A stretch of 64,000 nt of DNA from a virus (IMGVR_UViG_3300017766_003354:82906-146905), one strand, 5' to 3'. Shown: positions 7,969-18,190, counted from the stretch's first letter. Notes: generated by a model not told the origin, from the sequence alone. Translations and numbers: made by a program.

Positions 7969-9956
7969 GCGCCATTTTCACACTCCAGTCCATCAATCAA
8001 TTCCGAACCAACATCAAACATAGAATCAATAGGCTTGACTCTTTTGATTTGTCGGTTGTATTCCTCTTCCGAGATTTCTTCCAAAGGAGCTTGGACGAAC
8101 CCGTGCTTGGAGTGCATTAGGAAGCTGAGAGTCTTCATATTTTTATCATAATTCTCGCTCATCCATGTCTTAATCGCGCCAAGCTCTTCTGGCTTATAAT
8201 AAACCGTTACCGAAACAGAATTATCTGCCCAAATTTTCTGAAGCTTTTTGGTAAGTTCGAGTTGATCTACTGCCCCCATTTGATCAGCCGTAATTGTGGA
8301 AGGTTCAAATTCGCACGGGAATTCAATAACAGTCATTCCATAATCTTCACTGCTGTCAAAGCGCCGAACGTATTCGGTCTTGTAGCCAGCGTCACGACAA
8401 AGTTTAACCAAAGGATCAGAACTGGCCATTCTCACCCTACGAATGAGATAACGAGAATAGGCGGGATGAACCCCAGAAGTCGCCCCTCCAAGAAGGGATA
8501 GTGTGCCAGAAGGTTTCACTGTCGTCAATTTGATGCTTTCGGGGATCGCTAATTGCATGCTCCAAGACTTATCGAACATTTTAAGCTCTCTGTAGCACTC
8601 GTCCAACCACTCCAACTTATCCAAAGCCTGACAAACACCAGTAACTCCTAGGCCAATGCGGCGATTCTTTTTGACAATTTTATCTGTCTTTTCGTAAAGC
8701 GCGGGCAAATTCCATACGGCTTTTTGAGTCTTATAGAGAAGTTTGGCGCAATCAATTAACTGTTCTTTTGACTCGATATTATTGAGATACAATTCTGAAA
8801 GATTGCAGGCTTCTCCGTCTGCCAAAGTAATTTCAGCGCATGGATTTACGCCCTCACAGTTGTCCTTTTTCTCTTCTCCAATTCTGCCAAATTTTTGGCA
8901 AAGTTTCATATTGATGAATCCGTAAGGTTCTCCCTTAGCCATTCCAGTTTTTGGATCAATAGTATATCCATTCTCCCAAACCTCATTGCTGATATGCGCG
9001 TAAGAATCAGCCTCAATGCTATTGTTTGATTTGCCTCTCCAATTTGGGATATCTCCATCGCTCCACTTTTTGGCCCTTAAATAAAGGTAGTCGTCAGGAT
9101 CGCCAATTGCTATCTCTGCGCTACGTCTGACATTTCCCGCGACAACAATATCTCCAATGATATTATTAATATCCAAGACATCAACAGATCTTAGCTTCTT
9201 GCCTTCGCGATTGGTCAAAACTCCAGCAATAGATTCAAGACCCTCTACTAGAATTTGTGGACCGCTGGCCGTTCCTCCAAATCCTTGAATTGGTTCTCCA
9301 GCGCCTCTAACCAAAATAGTAGAATACGAAAACGACTTGCCTGTAACAAAGAACGACTGAATAACCTTTCTAAGCAATTCCACCCATCCTTGTCGAGAGT
9401 CTGGGACAATAAAATCTGCGTCTTTTTCTTTATTATGGGTAATGTGAACGCCGCGTTTTACTCTCGGAAGTTCGTGGATGTCTTCGCGGCGAACGGAAAA
9501 GCCAACTCCTCCACCAAGCATTAAATGTTCAAATACAAAACAAAAATCCTCGATCTCTCTCATCGAGACATACCAGCAATTAAGAAGGGACGCAAGGCCA
9601 AACCTATCCACCGTAGAGGTCCCCAACTGCCACAGCATTCGGCCAGCAAAATTACACTTGAGATTAAAGACCAAATCAAAGAGTCTTTGAGCTTCTTCTG
9701 GAGAATATTTTGCGCCAATCTTTTGTGCTCCATTAATACAACGGGCAACTGTCTGCCACCATTCTTCGCTTACTCCATCACAAATCTTTCTCGCATAAGT
9801 CCTCTTATAAACAATATAGCCTAGTCCATTGAATCCCCATTTAGGGTTTGTTCCTTCATAAGGAGCAAGAAATTCCCTTGGCAGGATCTCTGAATAACAA
9901 TGCTTGTCCTTATATGCCCGCTCCTCTTGTAAAACCTCGTCCTTGATCATAGTCAT
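7953..9956 (-). CDS. nrdJ: Class II (B12-dependent) ribonucleotide reductase, monomeric RTPR type
   Basis: GRMLW, LLNCW, GGGVGF, GNVRRSA, NPCAE, CNL, TTVKPSGT, C-terminal CENGACPLR. Confidence 0.93.
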   Translation of the reverse strand: MTMIKDEVLQEERAYKDKHCYSEILPREFLAPYEGTNPKWGFNGLGYIVYKRTYARKICDGVSEEWWQTVARCINGAQKIGAKYSPEEAQRLFDLVFNLKCNFAGRMLWQLGTSTVDRFGLASLLNCWYVSMREIEDFCFVFEHLMLGGGVGFSVRREDIHELPRVKRGVHITHNKEKDADFIVPDSRQGWVELLRKVIQSFFVTGKSFSYSTILVRGAGEPIQGFGGTASGPQILVEGLESIAGVLTNREGKKLRSVDVLDINNIIGDIVVAGNVRRSAEIAIGDPDDYLYLRAKKWSDGDIPNWRGKSNNSIEADSYAHISNEVWENGYTIDPKTGMAKGEPYGFINMKLCQKFGRIGEEKKDNCEGVNPCAEITLADGEACNLSELYLNNIESKEQLIDCAKLLYKTQKAVWNLPALYEKTDKIVKKNRRIGLGVTGVCQALDKLEWLDECYRELKMFDKSWSMQLAIPESIKLTTVKPSGTLSLLGGATSGVHPAYSRYLIRRVRMASSDPLVKLCRDAGYKTEYVRRFDSSEDYGMTVIEFPCEFEPSTITADQMGAVDQLELTKKLQKIWADNSVSVTVYYKPEELGAIKTWMSENYDKNMKTLSFLMHSKHGFVQAPLEEISEEEYNRQIKRVKPIDSMFDVGSELIDGLECENGACPLR

Positions 9957-9961
9957 GTCTT

Positions 9962-9967
9962 TTACAC
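9962..9967 (-). promoter_or_regulatory. GTGTAA motif (putative phage-specific promoter)
   Basis: 5 nt upstream of nrdJ ATG; recurs before many genes. Confidence 0.6.
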
Positions 9968-10039
9968 ATTCTAAGGCAAGAAAAAGATTTTAGCAAGAAC
10001 TTTCTCAAAGAAAATTCTCGTCTGCGCCAGCCTACTATA

Positions 10040-10320
10040 TGAAATCGAGCATCGCGAGATTTCACACATTGTAAACGCGCAACTGCATCGTATTTACAGA
10101 GTCAATTGTTGTAGAATTTAATAAAGAATAGCTGAGTCTAATTATTCTGGAATGGAGAAATCAAACGAAACTTTTGCGAATCCTGATTTCGCAATGCAAG
10201 GATAATTAGCGAAGCTTGCGTAGAACAAACGAAACTTTGGTTTACTGCTGTTCAAGCAAATTGGAAAGGCGAAACGGTAATTTAAATCGGGACAGGCGAA
10301 ACTTTTGCGCATCCGTCCCG
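10040..10320. repeat. Array of about 7 hairpins, four with CGAAAC in the loop; candidate ncRNA/leader or origin
   Basis: Stems GAAATCA/TGATTTC (10157-10190) and CGGGAC/GTCCCG (10288-10320) both enclose CGAAACTTTTGCGnATCC. Confidence 0.6.
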
Positions 10321-10331
10321 CTTCTGTTTCA

Positions 10332-10359
10332 ATTATACAGACAATTTATTTCGTGTCAA
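10332..10359 (-). promoter_or_regulatory. Consensus sigma70 promoter reading into hairpin array and nrdJ
   Basis: TTGACA-16 nt-TATAAT. Confidence 0.75.
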
Positions 10360-10487
10360 GCTTTTTTTTTCAAAAATCTTCCATTATTTTCATTTCGCCG
10401 TCTTCCTTCTTAAATCTTCCACAAAATAAAGATTATACTGGGCGACCCAACGACTGTTTGAATCGCTTGTTATAGTGTAAAAAAGAC

Positions 10488-10516
10488 TTGACTTTTCATA
10501 ACTCGTTGACTATTAT
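10488..10516 (+). promoter_or_regulatory. Sigma70-type promoter for dut operon, leaderless
   Basis: TTGACT-17 nt-TATTAT, 6 nt before ATG 10523. Confidence 0.7.
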
Positions 10517-10522
10517 AGCACA

Positions 10523-10957
10523 ATGTTGACGGCAACCGTTTCAAACCTTGATGGAATTCGACCTCCCGCGCACGCGGGCGATGTTGGATTTGACCTTATC
10601 GCAGCTTCGGAACCTCGATTCGTTGGCAATCCTCCGTCTATTCAATATGTTGAATATGATACAGAAGTAAGAATTAAGCCTCCAAAGGGCCACTTCTCTC
10701 TAATTTTCCCACGATCATCTATTTCTAATTATACTTTAGCTCTAGCTAATAGCGTCGGAGTTATTGATGAAGGCTATCGTGGAAACATAATAATTAGATT
10801 TCGCGTAGTCTATCAAACTGGAGAATTGAAATTTTATAAAAAGGGAGACAAAATTGCCCAACTGGTGTTTATGCCATCAGTTATCCCTACTCTTGTTGAG
10901 GGGGACGTAGATGAAACAGAACGAGGAACTGGTGCTTTTGGAAGCACGGGAAACTAA
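10523..10957 (+). CDS. dut: Trimeric dUTPase
   Basis: GFDL, PRSS, GVIDEGYRG, KIAQL, RGTGAFGSTG. Confidence 0.95.
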   Translation: MLTATVSNLDGIRPPAHAGDVGFDLIAASEPRFVGNPPSIQYVEYDTEVRIKPPKGHFSLIFPRSSISNYTLALANSVGVIDEGYRGNIIIRFRVVYQTGELKFYKKGDKIAQLVFMPSVIPTLVEGDVDETERGTGAFGSTGN

Positions 10958-10969
10958 TATTACAGTAAT

Positions 10970-11170
10970 ATGATTGGAAATCTAATAAGCAAAACAATTA
11001 AAATAGTAACCCTACCTCTCGACGCAGCGAATGTCGGTCTAGACATCGCAACTGGAGGGAGCGGCTCAAAACGCAGCCGAACAAACTATAACGACTGTAG
11101 CCCACTAGGAGATCTCGAACGCTTGCGTGACAAAATTGCAGAAGCGGCCAAAGAAATTGACGACAACTGA
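10970..11170 (+). CDS. Hypothetical protein (66 aa)
   Basis: In-operon ORF. Confidence 0.65.
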   Translation: MIGNLISKTIKIVTLPLDAANVGLDIATGGSGSKRSRTNYNDCSPLGDLERLRDKIAEAAKEIDDN

Positions 11171-11173
11171 ATT

Positions 11174-11776
11174 ATGGAAATTATCGCTGTATCAGGAATC
11201 GCCCGTTCTGGCAAAGACACATTCGCAGATTGCCTTGCGAAAGAAGTTTCCGACATGTTCCCCAACCTTAAAGTCCGAAGGGAGAGTCTAGCTTCCTTTC
11301 TCAAAGATGAAATGGCTGGGTTCTTGATGGAGAAATTCAATAAAGACATTTACTCGCTAGAAGGAGAAGAGAAGGAAAAGTTTCGACCTTTGCTTGTGGC
11401 GTATGGATTCGCAAAACGGTTGGATACAAAAGGAACCTACTTTACTTCTCTTCTCCAAAAAAAGATGGAGACGGAGAACGCTGACATATATATCATTTCT
11501 GATCTTCGATATGCAGAATCAGAATCAGATGAACTTTCGTGGTTAAAGAATCAAGGAGGCAAGCTTATCCATATTCGTCGCTACAATATAAAAAACGGCC
11601 AAAAACAATACATCAAACCCCCAAATTCTGACGAAAAGAAGAACGATCCTCTTCTCGAAAAGAATGCCGACTTCCATATTGATTGGGAATCTGCTTCTTC
11701 TCCACAAGAACTAAATAAAGAGGCTTCTAGATATTGCCAAAACTTCATCCATCAGAACATCAAGCTTTTCCTATGA
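11174..11776 (+). CDS. Deoxynucleoside monophosphate kinase (T4 gp1-like)
   Basis: IIAVSGIARSGKDT P-loop, RPLL, IISDLRY..E, GGKLIHIRR. Confidence 0.8.
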   Translation: MEIIAVSGIARSGKDTFADCLAKEVSDMFPNLKVRRESLASFLKDEMAGFLMEKFNKDIYSLEGEEKEKFRPLLVAYGFAKRLDTKGTYFTSLLQKKMETENADIYIISDLRYAESESDELSWLKNQGGKLIHIRRYNIKNGQKQYIKPPNSDEKKNDPLLEKNADFHIDWESASSPQELNKEASRYCQNFIHQNIKLFL

Positions 11777-12366
11777 GCGAATCAACCGATACAGAACTAG
11801 CTTTCAAAGTTCAAAAGGTAAACGACGAAGAGGCCCTTGGGGAGTTGATTTCTAGGCATTCTGGTATATACGTTGATATGATTCGAAAGTTTGGTGGGAA
11901 GTCTCTTACTGAGAATCAGGTTGCAGATTTAATGGGAGAAAAGGATTTTAATATCTATAAAGCCGCGATTGAGTATAACCCAGATAAAAGCAAATTCTCT
12001 ACTTTCCTTGCCATCAAGACGAAGTATCTTTGCCTTACTAGCAAGACCGTAAATAAAAAAACTAACCACTTCGTTGACTTTGACGAAGAAAGCTTCCGAT
12101 TAGCCTCGAACTCGGTTCCTCCAGACGAAGCCTCTGCTGATAATGAAATTATCGCAAAACTTTATTCAATAATTGACCGCCATCCAGATAAGCTCGTTAG
12201 GCAAATTTTCGAAGAGAGATACTTTTCAGGAAAGAACAACAAACTAAAATCTTGGAAAGAGATTTCCAAATCAGTGGGGCTTTCTATCCAAGGGGTAATT
12301 AACATTCACAACAGAACTCTTCCAGAATTTCAAAAACAACTACAACATGCAGAAATTACATTTTGA
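11773..12366 (+). CDS. Sigma-70 family RNA polymerase sigma factor
   Basis: Start at ATG 11773; DEEALGELI, YKAAIEYNPDKSKFSTF (region 2), SWKEISKSVGLSIQGV (region 4 HTH). Confidence 0.8.
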   Translation: MSESTDTELAFKVQKVNDEEALGELISRHSGIYVDMIRKFGGKSLTENQVADLMGEKDFNIYKAAIEYNPDKSKFSTFLAIKTKYLCLTSKTVNKKTNHFVDFDEESFRLASNSVPPDEASADNEIIAKLYSIIDRHPDKLVRQIFEERYFSGKNNKLKSWKEISKSVGLSIQGVINIHNRTLPEFQKQLQHAEITF

Positions 12367-13435
12367 TGGGCCGATCAATCCTCTGAGCTTGGGGAATGTA
12401 TCGTTTAATCTTCTCCGTGAAATGCGGAGAAAGAATATGGATATCGTTCTTTTCCCCACTGGAAATACGGCAAATTTTGAAGCCTTTGATAAGGCCGACC
12501 CAAAGTTGATTGACTGGATCAAGCAGAGCGGCTTTTCTCGCCTCAAGAGAATCGATAAGGACGCTCCGACTCTCAAGAACTGGCACATTAATGGTTCAGA
12601 GTCTAGGGTCGCTCCTAGACAGTTTCTATACACCTACTACGAAACAGACTCTCCCACCGAAGAAGAAGTTGCTCTAGTAAAAGCCCAAAACCACGTATTC
12701 TTTTCTTCTTCTTTTGCGGCGGATTGTTTTGAAAAAGCTGGTTGTGAGAATGTAAGTTTTGTTCCTCTCGGATTTGACGAGGACTTTCACATTACAGGAA
12801 AGAAATTTCCAGATGAAGTTATTCATTTCGGGCTAATTGGCAAATTCGAACGGCGAAAAAATACTCGTCAAATCATTCAAACTTGGCTTAAAAAATACGG
12901 CAACAATAACAAGTATCTTCTTACTTGCCTAGTCAATAATCCCTTCTTCAAACAAGAAGACTACCAAAAAATCATTTCTGATACTTTGGGCGGAAAGACT
13001 TGGAGTAATATTAACTTTCTCCCGACATTAGCTAAAAACTCAGAAGTAAATGAAGTTTTGAATGCTATTGATATTGATTTATCTGGATATAGCAATGGCG
13101 AGGGCTGGGCGCTTCCAGCATTTAATGCTACGGCTTTGGGCAAGTGGTCAATCGTCTCGAATTATTCCGCGCACAAAGATTGGGCGACTGACAAAAATGC
13201 CATTCTAGTCGAGCCAATTGGAATTCAGCCTTGCTATGATAATTACTTCTTTCGGCCAAATCAACCATTCTCGCAAGGAAACTATTGCCAACTCAGTGAA
13301 GAGTCTCTAGTGGCCGCAATGGAAGAAGCAGAACGCCGAGCCAAAACAATTAACTCTCAAGGACTTCTTCTTCAAGAAAAGTTCACTTATAAGAAATCAA
13401 TCGAACAAATACTCCAAAAAATCAATGAAATCTAA
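12347..13435 (+). CDS. Glycosyltransferase, GT-B (GT4-like)
   Basis: YYETD, VPLGFD, GKFERRKN, GEGWALPAFNATALGK. Confidence 0.8.
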   Translation: MQKLHFDGPINPLSLGNVSFNLLREMRRKNMDIVLFPTGNTANFEAFDKADPKLIDWIKQSGFSRLKRIDKDAPTLKNWHINGSESRVAPRQFLYTYYETDSPTEEEVALVKAQNHVFFSSSFAADCFEKAGCENVSFVPLGFDEDFHITGKKFPDEVIHFGLIGKFERRKNTRQIIQTWLKKYGNNNKYLLTCLVNNPFFKQEDYQKIISDTLGGKTWSNINFLPTLAKNSEVNEVLNAIDIDLSGYSNGEGWALPAFNATALGKWSIVSNYSAHKDWATDKNAILVEPIGIQPCYDNYFFRPNQPFSQGNYCQLSEESLVAAMEEAERRAKTINSQGLLLQEKFTYKKSIEQILQKINEI

Positions 13436-13853
13436 AATGCCAGACTGGTTTGTAAGAGAACACGATAAAGCCGTCGAAAATATAAAAATTGCCAATGATG
13501 CTGAAAAATGCGGATTTACAAGAGATCAATTTATAGAATGCTCAAGTAAAATTTCTCAAATAACTGGCCGATCTGTATCGGAATGTGCAGATTCTCTTGT
13601 CTCTGTCTGTCGAGCATTTGATCGGGCGAGTTATAAGACTCAACACGCCTCCGAATCATTTGAGGAAATGAGAAAAACGATGCTTGCTCGCGCCCCTTTC
13701 TTATGTCGCTGGTGGCTCAGAACTCGCCCATGCAAAAAGGCTGTTCAATTGAATAACTATATTCCTGCTTGCGTAGAATTTTATGTTCCTTGGTGGGCTT
13801 GGCCGCTTGAGTTGACTCATAGACTAATTTTCGGAACCACTAAAATTCAATAA
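13425..13853 (+). CDS. Hypothetical protein (142 aa)
   Basis: Overlaps upstream stop. Confidence 0.65.
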   Translation: MKSKMPDWFVREHDKAVENIKIANDAEKCGFTRDQFIECSSKISQITGRSVSECADSLVSVCRAFDRASYKTQHASESFEEMRKTMLARAPFLCRWWLRTRPCKKAVQLNNYIPACVEFYVPWWAWPLELTHRLIFGTTKIQ

Positions 13854-13854
13854 T

Positions 13855-14229
13855 ATGCCTCCGCTCTATACATATCTCAATGAAGAAACAGGGGAAGCAA
13901 AAGATGTTCTCCAGTCAATGAGTGAAAAACACGAATTTTTCGAAGATGGGGTTCAGTGGAAAAGAATCTTTTATGCGCCACAAATGTCAATCGACACAAA
14001 AGTTGACCCATATTCAGCAAAAGACTTCTCTAAAGCCACAAACAAAAAAGGAACAATTGGAGACATGATGGATCTATCCGCCGAACTCTCTGACAAAAGA
14101 GCGAATAAAGACGGAACCGATCCCGTAAAACAGAAACATTTCCAAGACTACGAGAAGAAAAATAAGAAAAAACATTTGTTAGATAAGCCGAAGGTTATTG
14201 AGAGTTCTTTTGCTAAGATTGAATTTTAA
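13855..14229 (+). CDS. Hypothetical protein, degenerate FmdB-like N-terminus
   Basis: MPPLYTYLNEETGE...QSMSE...WKRIF resembles FmdB family but lacks the Cys ligands. Confidence 0.55.
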   Translation: MPPLYTYLNEETGEAKDVLQSMSEKHEFFEDGVQWKRIFYAPQMSIDTKVDPYSAKDFSKATNKKGTIGDMMDLSAELSDKRANKDGTDPVKQKHFQDYEKKNKKKHLLDKPKVIESSFAKIEF

Positions 14230-16478
14230 CATGGTCCGAGAGTTGTCGCAACAACAGTATCTCCAACAAGTCCATAATATTGAGTATAACGGTTGAGGGT
14301 AGAAGGCAAAACACTGGCGCAATTTTCTACTGAAACAAATTCTGCGCTCGCGTCAAAAATCCCATAACTACCAGCTTCTCTCACTCCAGACAAAATATTA
14401 CCGACATAACCCGAACAGCTTATTTCTTGATTGAATATTTTGTTAGGCTTTGAGGTATCTGATTCATAGCGAGGCGTTCTGATTTTAAATTGATATTCAT
14501 CATCCCCGCCTAAGAAGGTTTGATCTACAAACGAAACAATATAGTCTTCATTCTCCAAAACTTGAAATTGGTTAATCGGTGATATTCCATTGAAAGAAAT
14601 CAAGTCTCCAGTTTGAAATTTATGAGGAGAAAATACAAACTCGCTACCACTTTCAAATCGGCAAAAATAACCAGTTTTTTCTTTCGTTAAGACTCTTGCT
14701 ACTCCATTGATAATATCAATTGGAGAAAAAGACCAAGCACAAGAAATTGGATCACAAGATTTTGTCTCTTTGACAGCTATTTGAGTTGGTGTTCTATCAT
14801 ATATGTAAGTGTAGTGAGGAGCCGTGCCATTCAATGGCCCCAGTCTGCCATAATCAAATTCACAAATATGATGAATTTGGTTGCCAATCATTAGTCCGCT
14901 AGTTGGATCAGTGATTCCCAAATATTTTCCGCTCACGATTCCTGTTATTGGATATGTTGCGTAGTAATGTTTTTTTCTTTTTTTGGCTGTGATTGAGTTC
15001 ACTGTTATTGAAACAGGCGCAAATTCACAAGTCCTGTCCCATTCGTCCCCATCGACATTGGCATCTTCTTGGATGATTCTGCCAAAGCCACCATAATTAA
15101 AGAAATGGGCGCGATATAGACTTTGAGTTTCTTGGCAATAAAGATTGCCGAGAATTGGTCCGACAGTTCTAAAAGAAGATGTCGTCCAAGTAGGAGAGTC
15201 ATTTGAATAATTGCCAAGAGGAGGTGCATAAGACGGCCCAACAACTGGACCAGCAGGGCCGCCGTGGTCAATTGTTGCCGATCTATCCCCCCCTAATTCT
15301 GGCGCGGGTTCAATGATATAGCCTTGTTGTGGGGCTTCGAAGAAGCCTGTTGCAGACGCCCAATTAGAACTTTTGGCACGATTATACCACGGGTGGAGAT
15401 GAAAAGCGGTAGGTGTTGTATATCTTCCCTTCCAGAAATATTGACTAAACTCATCTTTCCATTGGGAGTTTATTTCAGAACCTGTAGGAGTGATCTTGTC
15501 GTAAAGAGAGAAAGGCAAATAGTCTTCTCCTCTTGAATTAAAATCCATGTTTAAAACAGAAACTTGCACAAGCCCCGCTCCTTCTCGACAATTAACATTT
15601 CGAAGAGTCACGTTATATTTTGTCGAAGAACAGTCTCCGCTCTCATCGCCATAATAGCCACTACAATAACCAGTGACTTCATTAATTATTTTTGGGCTGT
15701 AAAGTTCTAAATCGCTATCCCTAGTTGACATTTCCCAAGTAGAAATATCTTGTTTATTGACGCACGCGCCCAAAGTAAAATCCCAAGAAATAAGAGGATG
15801 CTCATTTATGATCTCAAACTCAATATCAATTTCGTCACAATCGTTTCCAACGAGAAAACCAAATTGGTAAAATTGGCCAGCTTTTTGTTCTTCTGTCAGA
15901 TCATTATAATCATCAGATCTTGAGTTATACCTAAAGCAACCCTCTTTCAAGTGTGGAGAAAAGCGAAGGCTAGAGTGTAGAGTATCCCCCCAGCCAAAAG
16001 AATATGGGGTGCTAGTAGAACATCCCACAGCATTGCCTGTCGGATCATAAGCAGGAATAATAAGAGACAAAGATGATAAATCACAAATGCCATCATTATA
16101 GACGGCCAAAAATTCAGGATCTAAATCAACGGCATCTAAAACAACATCATTAATAACAAACCACCTTGAACTATCATAGGCAGGAAAGTTGGGAGAATAT
16201 TGGCCAACAAAAAATTGATATTGCATTCCAGTAGCATAGTTACCAACGTAAGCGTTGCTTTGACACTGATCTATAACGTCAAACCAAGAAGAAGAACCAT
16301 AATCTTGCGTTTCTTCGTCACAACTGGCTCGTTTTAAATATGGCAACAAACTATTTACGGGTATTGCTTCGAACCTATTGGAAGAAGAATCTCCAGAAAA
16401 TCTTATACCTCCGAAATGGACTGGAGGCAAAGTATAATCTGGAACGTCATTCAGATGTCTGACGGTATAATCTATCAT
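14226..16478 (-). CDS. Large Cys/Tyr/Ser-rich putative virion (tail fibre/appendage) protein
   Basis: 750 aa, coupled by ATGA to fibre-like gene; acidic beta-rich composition. Confidence 0.55.
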   Translation of the reverse strand: MIDYTVRHLNDVPDYTLPPVHFGGIRFSGDSSSNRFEAIPVNSLLPYLKRASCDEETQDYGSSSWFDVIDQCQSNAYVGNYATGMQYQFFVGQYSPNFPAYDSSRWFVINDVVLDAVDLDPEFLAVYNDGICDLSSLSLIIPAYDPTGNAVGCSTSTPYSFGWGDTLHSSLRFSPHLKEGCFRYNSRSDDYNDLTEEQKAGQFYQFGFLVGNDCDEIDIEFEIINEHPLISWDFTLGACVNKQDISTWEMSTRDSDLELYSPKIINEVTGYCSGYYGDESGDCSSTKYNVTLRNVNCREGAGLVQVSVLNMDFNSRGEDYLPFSLYDKITPTGSEINSQWKDEFSQYFWKGRYTTPTAFHLHPWYNRAKSSNWASATGFFEAPQQGYIIEPAPELGGDRSATIDHGGPAGPVVGPSYAPPLGNYSNDSPTWTTSSFRTVGPILGNLYCQETQSLYRAHFFNYGGFGRIIQEDANVDGDEWDRTCEFAPVSITVNSITAKKRKKHYYATYPITGIVSGKYLGITDPTSGLMIGNQIHHICEFDYGRLGPLNGTAPHYTYIYDRTPTQIAVKETKSCDPISCAWSFSPIDIINGVARVLTKEKTGYFCRFESGSEFVFSPHKFQTGDLISFNGISPINQFQVLENEDYIVSFVDQTFLGGDDEYQFKIRTPRYESDTSKPNKIFNQEISCSGYVGNILSGVREAGSYGIFDASAEFVSVENCASVLPSTLNRYTQYYGLVGDTVVATTLGPC

Positions 16479-18190
16479 GTAGAGCGCACCAAAAATGTTC
16501 TAGTTCTCAAAAAGCCATCGACATCAGTAAAATTCATCGTCATTTCTTCCCATCCGCTTGGAGGGAAAATATAATCGCCAGAATTAATTGGAAGAGTAAT
16601 TGGTTCTGGAATATTGATTGTCTTAGTGCCAGTAGAAGTAATTTGTCCGTCTGTCCAAGAAATGGATGAATCTCCAGTTGTAGTAACGAAGTTAAGTGTT
16701 CCGTTTTTGCCATTTGGCTCCAAAAATTGCCAATCGGCGTCTTGATCAAGCGTCATCAAGCCGTTCGACCAAGAGGCAAACACTTCTGAATTGATATTAA
16801 TATACCCTTCAACACCATTACCCGTGAAGCCACCTCCTCCACCTCCTCCAGTTCCAGTAGAAAAGATATCAATTCTGCCGTTATTTTGAATTTTGCCGTC
16901 AATCCAAGAAATATTAGTATTCGTCCCATCTAACCAAAGTTGGCCAGTTTTTTCTACCCAATCAGACGCCTTGAACTTGCTCCAAGTATTGTCTTGTTTG
17001 ATGTAAAGATAATTGCCTGTTTTTGTAATGAGTCCATTTGGCCCAAATAAATCGCCGCTACTCGAAGGCTGATAGGCGTTTAGTCCCTCTGCAATCAAAG
17101 TCCCTGCAATTTTAGTATTGCCAAAACTATCCACAACTATTTGCTTGGAACTCGCATCTGCAAATTCATTTTCAGTTCCAACAATGAAACAAGTATCCAA
17201 ATCAGAGTCCCCATTGACAAGATTTGAAAACTGAGTTGATTCAGCGAAGGCATCGAAGAGAATGGCTATAGAATTTTTGGAGACGACCTTGAAAAGATTG
17301 CCTTCTGGAACTGCGTTGTTTTCAGATAGCTGAACGTAATTTGCCGAGACGCCAGTTGTCGAAATAATTGAAGCTGAATTCAAGAAGAGATCATCGGCAA
17401 AAGTCTTGTCTCCAGAAATAACTTGCGCTCCTGTTTTTTGGACAGAATTCGAAACTTGTGGCGTCAAGTTTCCACTTAAAGTATTGATTTTTGAATTCAA
17501 TGTTGAACCTGTCGCGGCAATACTGGCAGCCAAAATCCCACTAGCCCCAGTCAAATCAGAAGAAGAAGTAAGAATTGATCCTTTGTAATAAATATCGCCG
17601 CCCACACTAATACTGCCCGAAAAAATACCAGAACTACTAGGACTCAAATAAAGACTATTCAAGGCCCCGAGATAAAGATTGTCTTGCATATAGACCTTGG
17701 ACGCAACATAAGATCCTCCAGTAAATGAGATATACAGGGCGTTATTTTTATTGGCGTTTACGACTACGCTCGATTGGTCTTGTAGAATAGTCGTGCCAGT
17801 AGTAGCAATAAAACTACAAAAACTTCCTCCAAGGATTGTATTTTTGTGAGAATTCTCATCAATTGAACAATTGAAGCCATTTACAATCACGTTATCATTT
17901 CCGAGAATTGTCGAATCATCCCCGTTTACAAGAACATTCCCTGTTCCACCAATATTATTCCCCGTGCCACCAATAACATCGTTATATTCAGAACTGTAAA
18001 AATTCGAAGAATCTGGGACAGAAACATCTGATCCATTAATACTGAGATTCCCGACAATATTAAAATCGCCAGAAATTGTGGGCGAAAGATTGCCATACAC
18101 GTAATTCGCCCCCTGCGAAAAATTCACATGTCCGCTCGGACTTGAAAAAGTGTGCAGATTTATCTGTTGTGGTTGAATTTTGGAATACAT
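16475..18190 (-). CDS. Putative tail fibre / beta-helical virion protein
   Basis: G/N-rich beta-helix-like repeats (IGGTGNNIGGTGNVLV), coiled segment, KTGAQVISGDKTF motif, YLYIKQDNTWSK, poly-Gly hinge. Confidence 0.65.
   Translation of the reverse strand: MYSKIQPQQINLHTFSSPSGHVNFSQGANYVYGNLSPTISGDFNIVGNLSINGSDVSVPDSSNFYSSEYNDVIGGTGNNIGGTGNVLVNGDDSTILGNDNVIVNGFNCSIDENSHKNTILGGSFCSFIATTGTTILQDQSSVVVNANKNNALYISFTGGSYVASKVYMQDNLYLGALNSLYLSPSSSGIFSGSISVGGDIYYKGSILTSSSDLTGASGILAASIAATGSTLNSKINTLSGNLTPQVSNSVQKTGAQVISGDKTFADDLFLNSASIISTTGVSANYVQLSENNAVPEGNLFKVVSKNSIAILFDAFAESTQFSNLVNGDSDLDTCFIVGTENEFADASSKQIVVDSFGNTKIAGTLIAEGLNAYQPSSSGDLFGPNGLITKTGNYLYIKQDNTWSKFKASDWVEKTGQLWLDGTNTNISWIDGKIQNNGRIDIFSTGTGGGGGGGFTGNGVEGYININSEVFASWSNGLMTLDQDADWQFLEPNGKNGTLNFVTTTGDSSISWTDGQITSTGTKTINIPEPITLPINSGDYIFPPSGWEEMTMNFTDVDGFLRTRTFLVRST

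Noticed and set aside
10157-10320. CRISPR mini-array, hammerhead ribozyme or cobalamin riboswitch reading of the CGAAAC repeats
   Set aside because: Repeats are too short and degenerate for CRISPR; no CUGAnGA hammerhead core; no recognisable B12-box
10216-10413. 65-aa plus-strand ORF and a 56-aa minus-strand ORF in the nrdJ-dut intergenic region
   Set aside because: Overlap promoter and hairpins; low-plausibility composition
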